Of a stretch of DNA of 10,423 bases, positions 5,652 through 10,423 are shown one piece after another. A program made the position numbers and the translations under genes. Where the stretch lies: the NCBI GenBank assembly GCA_041946805.1, contig JBHGBC010000196.1, positions 1 through 10,423 on the forward strand, given 5' to 3'. The stretch's first letter is position 1, and every line of letters begins with the position of its first letter. This DNA comes from a bacterium (GTDB taxonomy: Bacteria > Hinthialibacterota > Hinthialibacteria > Hinthialibacterales > Hinthialibacteraceae). Below the pieces are notes generated by a model. That model was not told where the DNA came from. It saw nothing but the letters and a program-made list of their open reading frames with translations, and did not search any database.

Positions 5652-6689
5652 GTGCGCAGGTCATGCTTGATTTCCGGGGGGATTGCGATCTTCCTGCTCG
5701 GTATGGTTTTGTTGGGCCTTCAAGGATGTAGTGCAAAATCCAAGACGGTCACGATCTACACTTCGGTGGACCGCGACTACGCGGAACCCATCATCGCCGC
5801 GTTTCAAGAGCAAAATCCCGAGCTGAAGGTCAACGCGGTCTACGATTCCGAAATGACCAAGACCACGGGTTTGTTCAACCGCCTGCTCGAGGAAAAGAAC
5901 AATCCCCAGGCCGATGTCTTTTGGAATTCGGAGATCGTGCGCACCATCCAACTGAAGAACGCCGGTTTGTTGGAGGCGTACCGGTCCCCCGCGGCGGGGG
6001 ACATCCCGGACACGTACAAAGATCCGGAAGGCTGCTGGACGGGCTTTTCGGCCCGCGCCCGGGTGATGCTGATCAACCATAACCTGGTCCCGGAAAGCGA
6101 AACCCCGGCATCCGTGCCCACGTTGGGAAGCAAGATGTACGAGGGGAAGGCGGCCGGAATAGCGACACCGCAATTCGGAACCACGGCGACGCACATGGCC
6201 GCCTTGTACACGTTGTGGGGCAAGGAACGTTTTGCCCTGATCACCAAGACCATCCAGGGCCGGGGGATCCAACTGTTTCCAGGGAATGCCAGTGTGCGGG
6301 ACGCGGTGGTGGAAGGGATCATCGCGTACGGATTGACCGACACCGACGACGCCTACGCGGCCTTGGACGAGGGGAAACCGGTGCGGATGGCTTTCATCGA
6401 TCAGGGTGAACAAGAAGTAGGGACGCTGGTCATTCCCAACACGGTGGCCTTGATCAAGGACAGCCCCAGTCCCGATAACGGCAAGAAACTGATCGATTAC
6501 TTGCTCTCGCCCGCGGTGGAAGAAAAGCTGGCGCAAAGCCGGGCGAAACAAATCCCCGTGCGGAAGTCCGTTCCCCGTCCCGCGGGGACGCCGGATCTGG
6601 CCTCGCTCAAAACCATCCCGGTGGATTACAACGCCGTGGCCCTGAACATGGAACCGTGTCTCGAGTTGTTGCGCACGATCTTCCGGTGA
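5652..6689 (+). CDS. ABC transporter substrate-binding lipoprotein, Fbp/AfuA-like (Fe3+/thiamine/polyamine superfamily), 345 aa
   Basis: SD AAGGAG at 5638-5643, GTG at 5652. Signal peptide MRRSCLISGGIAIFLLGMVLLGLQG-C (lipobox). Motifs: VTIYTS, RLLEEKNNPQADVFW, GLLEAYRSP, WTGFSARARV, NTVALIKDSPSPDNGKKLIDYLLS. Confidence 0.9.
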   Translation: MRRSCLISGGIAIFLLGMVLLGLQGCSAKSKTVTIYTSVDRDYAEPIIAAFQEQNPELKVNAVYDSEMTKTTGLFNRLLEEKNNPQADVFWNSEIVRTIQLKNAGLLEAYRSPAAGDIPDTYKDPEGCWTGFSARARVMLINHNLVPESETPASVPTLGSKMYEGKAAGIATPQFGTTATHMAALYTLWGKERFALITKTIQGRGIQLFPGNASVRDAVVEGIIAYGLTDTDDAYAALDEGKPVRMAFIDQGEQEVGTLVIPNTVALIKDSPSPDNGKKLIDYLLSPAVEEKLAQSRAKQIPVRKSVPRPAGTPDLASLKTIPVDYNAVALNMEPCLELLRTIFR

Positions 6690-8248
6690 GCCGGCCAGGC
6701 CGGAGCGGGGCGTTCGTGCGGGCGGCCCTGGTTTTCCTGCTGGTTCTGCCGGTGTTGGTTTTGGTGGTATCGTCGTGGCCCAGGGAAGCGGGTGAGTTTT
6801 GGCGTTCATGGAGCGTATTTGACCGTTTTGCCCTGAAACGGCTGATCACGAGTTTTCATCTGGCCTTTTGGATCACCTTCTTCGCGCTGGGATTCGGCCT
6901 GATCGCGTACGCGGGCTACTGCAGCCTATCGCCCACGGCCCGGCCCCTATGGGGCATCCTGGCGTTGTTGCCTTTGTCCTACCCGCCCTTCGGGGCCGCG
7001 TCGGCCTGGATGACGCTCATCACCCGCCTGGAAAATCCCGGACCGGGCCGAATCCTCTGGGAGACGCACGGCGCGCTATCCCGGCTTCTATACAGCGTCA
7101 TCGGCGGAGGGTGGATCCTGGGCCTATGCCTGTGGCCCATCGCGTTCCTGCTGTTAACCCTGGCGGCAGGCCCTCAGCGGACCCAAATGGAGGCCGCCCA
7201 GTTGAGCATGACACCGTGGACGGCGTTCCGCCAGGTGGTCTGGCCCGCGTGGCGGCCGCCGCTCTTCACGGCCGGTGCGGTGATTTTTGGATTGGGATTA
7301 TTGCAATTCGAGGTCCCATCCTTGCTGCAGCTCCAGGTGTATCCCCTGGAAATCTTCATCCAGTTCACCGCGCGGTTCAGCGATTGGAACGCATGCCTGC
7401 TTTGCCTTCCCTATCTGTTGGCGGCGTGGCCGATAGCTTGGGCGATGCGCCGGATTCCCAGCCAATTGGAACTCCAAGGTGGTGAACCGGCCTATCAGTG
7501 GACATCAATAAACCTGCGCGCCGCCCTTCTGGCGGGAACGGCGTTGGTATTGGCGCTATCCATCCTGGTTCCGTTGTGGAGTTTGATGAGCCATGCCGGA
7601 CCGGTCAGTTTGACCTCACTCGTCATGATGGAGCACGCGCCGGCCGTGTTCCGCAGCCTGCTCTACGCCGTGGCCGCCGCGGGCGGGGTAGTGGTTTTGG
7701 GAGCCTGGTTCACTTCCGTTTCCATTCCTAAACAATACATCGCCCCGGTTTTGTTTCTGGCCATGTTCGTCATCCCCGGCGTATTGACCGGATCGGGGTG
7801 GCTGCGCATCCGGTCGTATTGGCCCGGCGTGCAGCCACCGGGGATGATGACGGCCTCGCTGCTGGGGGCGTACATGTCCCACACGTTTTTCTTGGGATAC
7901 GGAGCGGGGATCTTGTTATGGCGGTTCTATGGAATCCGGCAGCGCGAATTCGATTCCCTGTTGAATATCGGATGGATTTCCCGGCTCCGGTGGCTGATCC
8001 TGCCCGCGTTGTGGCGTCCGGGACTGCAAGCCATGGGGTTGGTGATGCTGGTGTTGTGGGGGGATGTGGGCATGACTATTCTGCTGTATCCTCCCGGAGG
8101 CGACACGTTGGCGGTGGAATATTACAATCTGTTGCACTACGGGAGCGAATCGCGGACGGCGGCCATCGGCTTGCTGTTGCTGCTGGTCCCGGCCTTGACT
8201 CTGCTGGGTGTGTTCGCCGTGACTTCGCGGGCCAAATCACGATCATGA
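6686..8248 (+). CDS. ABC transporter permease, FbpB/ThiP-type fused double transmembrane domain, 520 aa
   Basis: GTG 6686 overlaps the SBP stop (GTGA). About 12 hydrophobic segments in two repeats. Motifs: LLPLSYPPF, EAA loop MEAAQLSMTPWTAFRQVVWP, FEVPSLL, MFVIPGVLTG, LILPALWRPG, GDVGMTILLYPPGGDTLAV. Confidence 0.88.
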   Translation: MSRPGRSGAFVRAALVFLLVLPVLVLVVSSWPREAGEFWRSWSVFDRFALKRLITSFHLAFWITFFALGFGLIAYAGYCSLSPTARPLWGILALLPLSYPPFGAASAWMTLITRLENPGPGRILWETHGALSRLLYSVIGGGWILGLCLWPIAFLLLTLAAGPQRTQMEAAQLSMTPWTAFRQVVWPAWRPPLFTAGAVIFGLGLLQFEVPSLLQLQVYPLEIFIQFTARFSDWNACLLCLPYLLAAWPIAWAMRRIPSQLELQGGEPAYQWTSINLRAALLAGTALVLALSILVPLWSLMSHAGPVSLTSLVMMEHAPAVFRSLLYAVAAAGGVVVLGAWFTSVSIPKQYIAPVLFLAMFVIPGVLTGSGWLRIRSYWPGVQPPGMMTASLLGAYMSHTFFLGYGAGILLWRFYGIRQREFDSLLNIGWISRLRWLILPALWRPGLQAMGLVMLVLWGDVGMTILLYPPGGDTLAVEYYNLLHYGSESRTAAIGLLLLLVPALTLLGVFAVTSRAKSRS

Positions 8249-9312
8249 ATTCATTCCCTTCTGAATCCCCCATCCATATTGAGTTGCGGGGAGTTTCGAT
8301 GAAGCGCGGGCTCCGGGAGGTCCTGCGGGATGTGGATTTCGCGGCTCCGGCGGATCAAATCACCGTGCTGTTCGGGCCGTCGGGCGTGGGTAAAACCACC
8401 TGCCTGCGGCTGATCGCGGGATTCGAATATCCCTCGGCCGGCGAGGTGATCCTGGGGGGTGAAATCGTCTCCTCGCCCAGCCGGCCGGCGCCTCCCCGGA
8501 ACCGGCGCGTGGGATTCTGCTTTCAGGAAGACGCCCTCTGGCCGGCCTTGAAAGCCCGGGACCATATTCAGCTCCCGTTGCGGACCCTCCTCGGAAACCG
8601 GGAAGATATCCGGCGGCGATCGGAGTGGATTTTGGAAAACCTGGGGTTGGCCTCCTGCGCGGACCGGTATCCCGCCCAGTTGTCCGGCGGCGAAAAGAAA
8701 CGCCTGGGTTTGGCCCGGGCGTTGGCCCTGGAACCGGCGTATCTGCTTTTGGACGAACCTCTTTCCAGCGTGGAAGGCCCGATGCGCGATGAACTGATCC
8801 GCCTCTTGCGGGGATGCCGGAAGGGGCGGCGGGCCATTCTGATGGTGACGCATCAATTGGACGAGGCCCTGGCGCTGGCCGACCGGCTGGTGGTTCTGCT
8901 CGACGGGCATGTGGCGCGGGAGGGGTTGATCCAGGAGGTGATCCGCGATCCCCGCGACCGGGATGCGGCCCGGTTGTTGGGGTACCGGAACTTTTTCACG
9001 GTCCGGGTGGAAAACGGAACTCTACTCTCTCCGTTCGGCCGTTGGCCCGCCGGTGCCGCCGCGGACCGATCGCTCACCGAAGGAGACGAAAAAATCGCGG
9101 CCGCGTTCCCGGGAGATTTTCAAGCCCGGCCGGATGACCAGGGCCGGGCCGTGATCCAGGATTGCCGGACCGATTCCCGCGCCTGCCGGGTGCAAGCGCT
9201 GCAGGACGGGGTTGGTTATGAAGCCACGGCGGCAACCTATATTGAATCCGGACGGCGGGCGGCCTTGCGATGTATCCATCCCCCCGCCATTCTCGAGGAT
9301 CCCCCCGTATGA
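8245..9312 (+). CDS. ABC transporter ATP-binding protein, FbpC/PotA-like with C-terminal extension (TOBE-like position), 355 aa
   Basis: ATG 8245 overlaps the permease stop (ATGA). Walker A GPSGVGKTT, Q-loop GFCFQEDALWP, signature LSGGEKKR, Walker B LLLDEP, H-loop VTHQ. Confidence 0.93.
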   Translation: MNSFPSESPIHIELRGVSMKRGLREVLRDVDFAAPADQITVLFGPSGVGKTTCLRLIAGFEYPSAGEVILGGEIVSSPSRPAPPRNRRVGFCFQEDALWPALKARDHIQLPLRTLLGNREDIRRRSEWILENLGLASCADRYPAQLSGGEKKRLGLARALALEPAYLLLDEPLSSVEGPMRDELIRLLRGCRKGRRAILMVTHQLDEALALADRLVVLLDGHVAREGLIQEVIRDPRDRDAARLLGYRNFFTVRVENGTLLSPFGRWPAGAAADRSLTEGDEKIAAAFPGDFQARPDDQGRAVIQDCRTDSRACRVQALQDGVGYEATAATYIESGRRAALRCIHPPAILEDPPV

Positions 9313-10259
9313 AAATTCGAATCCAGATCCAGATCCAGATCCATCTTCTTGCCGTTTCCGCGAGCCTGCTCCTGGCCGGTTGTTCTCCGGCGCTCCCGTC
9401 CGATCCCTCCATCCAGATATGGGGCTCGCGGGGCCGGACACCGGGGCGGTTCGCCGCGCCCCGGGCGATCCACGCGCGCGGCGGTTTGGTGTACGTCATC
9501 GACCGCAGCGGCCGGGTGCAGAAATTCGATGCCGATGGATCCTGTCTGTTGGTCTGGGAGTTGGAGAAATACGACAACGGCACCCCCACGGGCGTTTCGA
9601 TCGACGAATCGGGAAATGTTTGGATTCCCGACACCCATAACTCCCGGATCCTCGAGTACAGTTCCGAAGGAAAATGGCTGTTGACTTTTGGTGAATATGG
9701 AGAAGCCCCTGGGAAATTCATCTATCCCACGGCCATCGCCTTTGGGGAGGGCGGGGAATTGTTCATCACCGAGTACGGTGTGCACGACCGGGTGCAGGTT
9801 TTTTCCCGCGCCGGCCAGTATTTGAATCGGACCTGGGGGGATTTCGGCGCGGGTGAGGACCAGTTCAACCGTCCCATGGGCATCGTGAAGGCCCCAGACG
9901 GATTGTTGTACATCACCGATGCGGTCAATCACCGGGTCAAGGTCTATACGCAGCGAGGCGAACGGGTGCGCATCTTCGGCCGGGCGGGGACCGGAGCGGG
10001 GGAGCTCCAATTCCCCTACGCCATCGACGCGGACGGGAACGGGAATCTGTGGATCGCCGATTACGGCAACCACCGCGTGCAGATCTTCGCGCCGGACGGG
10101 TCCTTTCTAGGGAGTTGGGGGCATCCCGGTTCGGGGCCGGGCGAGCTGGCGGAACCGTGGGGGGTGACGGTGGACGGGGATCGATTTTACGTCGCCGACA
10201 CCAAGAACCACCGGATCCAGAGCGCGCCATTGTTGGTTTTTCCAACCAAGGGAACCTAA
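9309..10259 (+). CDS. NHL-repeat six-bladed beta-propeller lipoprotein, 316 aa
   Basis: ATG 9309 overlaps the ATPase stop (ATGA); SD GAGGA at 9295-9299; lipobox LLLAG-C. Six NHL-like repeats: FAAPRAI..VYVIDRSGRVQKF, GTPTGVSID..VWIPDTHNSRILEY, FIYPTAIAF..LFITEYGVHDRVQVF, FNRPMGIV..LYITDAVNHRVKVY, LQFPYAIDAD..LWIADYGNHRVQIF, LAEPWGVTVD..FYVADTKNHRIQ. Confidence 0.9.
   Translation: MKIRIQIQIQIHLLAVSASLLLAGCSPALPSDPSIQIWGSRGRTPGRFAAPRAIHARGGLVYVIDRSGRVQKFDADGSCLLVWELEKYDNGTPTGVSIDESGNVWIPDTHNSRILEYSSEGKWLLTFGEYGEAPGKFIYPTAIAFGEGGELFITEYGVHDRVQVFSRAGQYLNRTWGDFGAGEDQFNRPMGIVKAPDGLLYITDAVNHRVKVYTQRGERVRIFGRAGTGAGELQFPYAIDADGNGNLWIADYGNHRVQIFAPDGSFLGSWGHPGSGPGELAEPWGVTVDGDRFYVADTKNHRIQSAPLLVFPTKGT
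9321..9344 (+). repeat. In-frame hexanucleotide tandem repeat (ATCCAG)3-ATCCAT in the NHL lipoprotein signal peptide
   Basis: ATCCAG ATCCAG ATCCAG ATCCAT, read directly, encoding IQIQIQIH. Confidence 0.85.
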
Positions 10260-10264
10260 GATTA

Positions 10265-10286
10265 GCCCAGGGTTGAAACCCTGGGC
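10265..10286. repeat. Perfect palindrome GCCCAGGGTT-GA-AACCCTGGGC just after the operon stop (REP-like; possible 3' stabiliser)
   Basis: 10-bp arms at 10265-10274 and 10277-10286, starting 5 nt after TAA 10259, with no U-tract. It resembles the GCCCAGGGTTTCAACCCTGGG repeat family (recall). Confidence 0.6.
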
Positions 10287-10352
10287 GATCCAGGGGTCAG
10301 GCAGAGCCTTCTTTTGTAAGAACACGTCGAGCCAATCTCCTGCCAAGGCTTA

Positions 10353-10368
10353 CCCTCACCCTGGCCCT
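10353..10368 (+). repeat. Truncated fourth copy of the CCCTCACCC..GCCCT repeat family
   Basis: CCCTCACCCTGGCCCT matches 5266-5281 (CCCTTACCCAGGCCCT) at 14/16; the hairpin half is missing. Confidence 0.5.
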
Positions 10369-10423
10369 AACCCTTGAATAACGATACGGCCGTTATTCAC
10401 ACACTCCACAGGCATACAGCACC

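Noticed and set aside
5145..5670. Small ORFs in the repeat-rich spacer, or a remnant DUF559 nuclease gene between the repeats
   Set aside because: The translations (HPRKGGDP, LTQALSQRERE, GWKPAP) are read-throughs of the palindromes. The only nuclease-like hint, NNEIW, is too short to support a pseudogene.
2087..9312. ABC operon as the thiamine transporter ThiBPQ linked to thiL
   Set aside because: It is on the opposite strand, separated by an unrelated gene, has no TPP riboswitch, and shows no ThiB-specific motif I can recognise. Proximity alone is insufficient.
10299..10315. Intrinsic terminator AGGC-AGA-GCCT-TCTTTT after the operon
   Set aside because: A 4-bp stem and an interrupted U-tract are too weak to call.

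Overview
GC-rich bacterial chromosomal window with no phage, transposase, CRISPR, tRNA or rRNA sequence. In order it carries: the 3' end of an ArnT/PMT-like (GT-C fold) membrane glycosyltransferase gene; an AraR-type GntR-HTH/LacI-effector-domain regulator; a convergent thiL; a stand-alone 3-TM, long coiled-coil, Gly-rich protein with a CX2CX10CX3CH cluster and its own sigma70 promoter; and a four-gene operon whose genes overlap by 4 bp. The operon encodes an Fbp/Afu-class lipoprotein SBP, a fused double permease, an ABC ATPase and a six-NHL-repeat beta-propeller lipoprotein. This ABC+NHL module is the best candidate for an uncharacterised system. Its SBP lacks the Tyr-Tyr iron ligands (TDTDD instead), the second EAA loop of the permease and the ATPase D-loop are non-canonical, and a propeller lipoprotein is coupled to it. 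The intergenic spacers contain several unrelated REP-like palindromes, and the eroded copies differ mostly by C>T/G>A changes. All calls come from reading motifs by eye; no searches were run.
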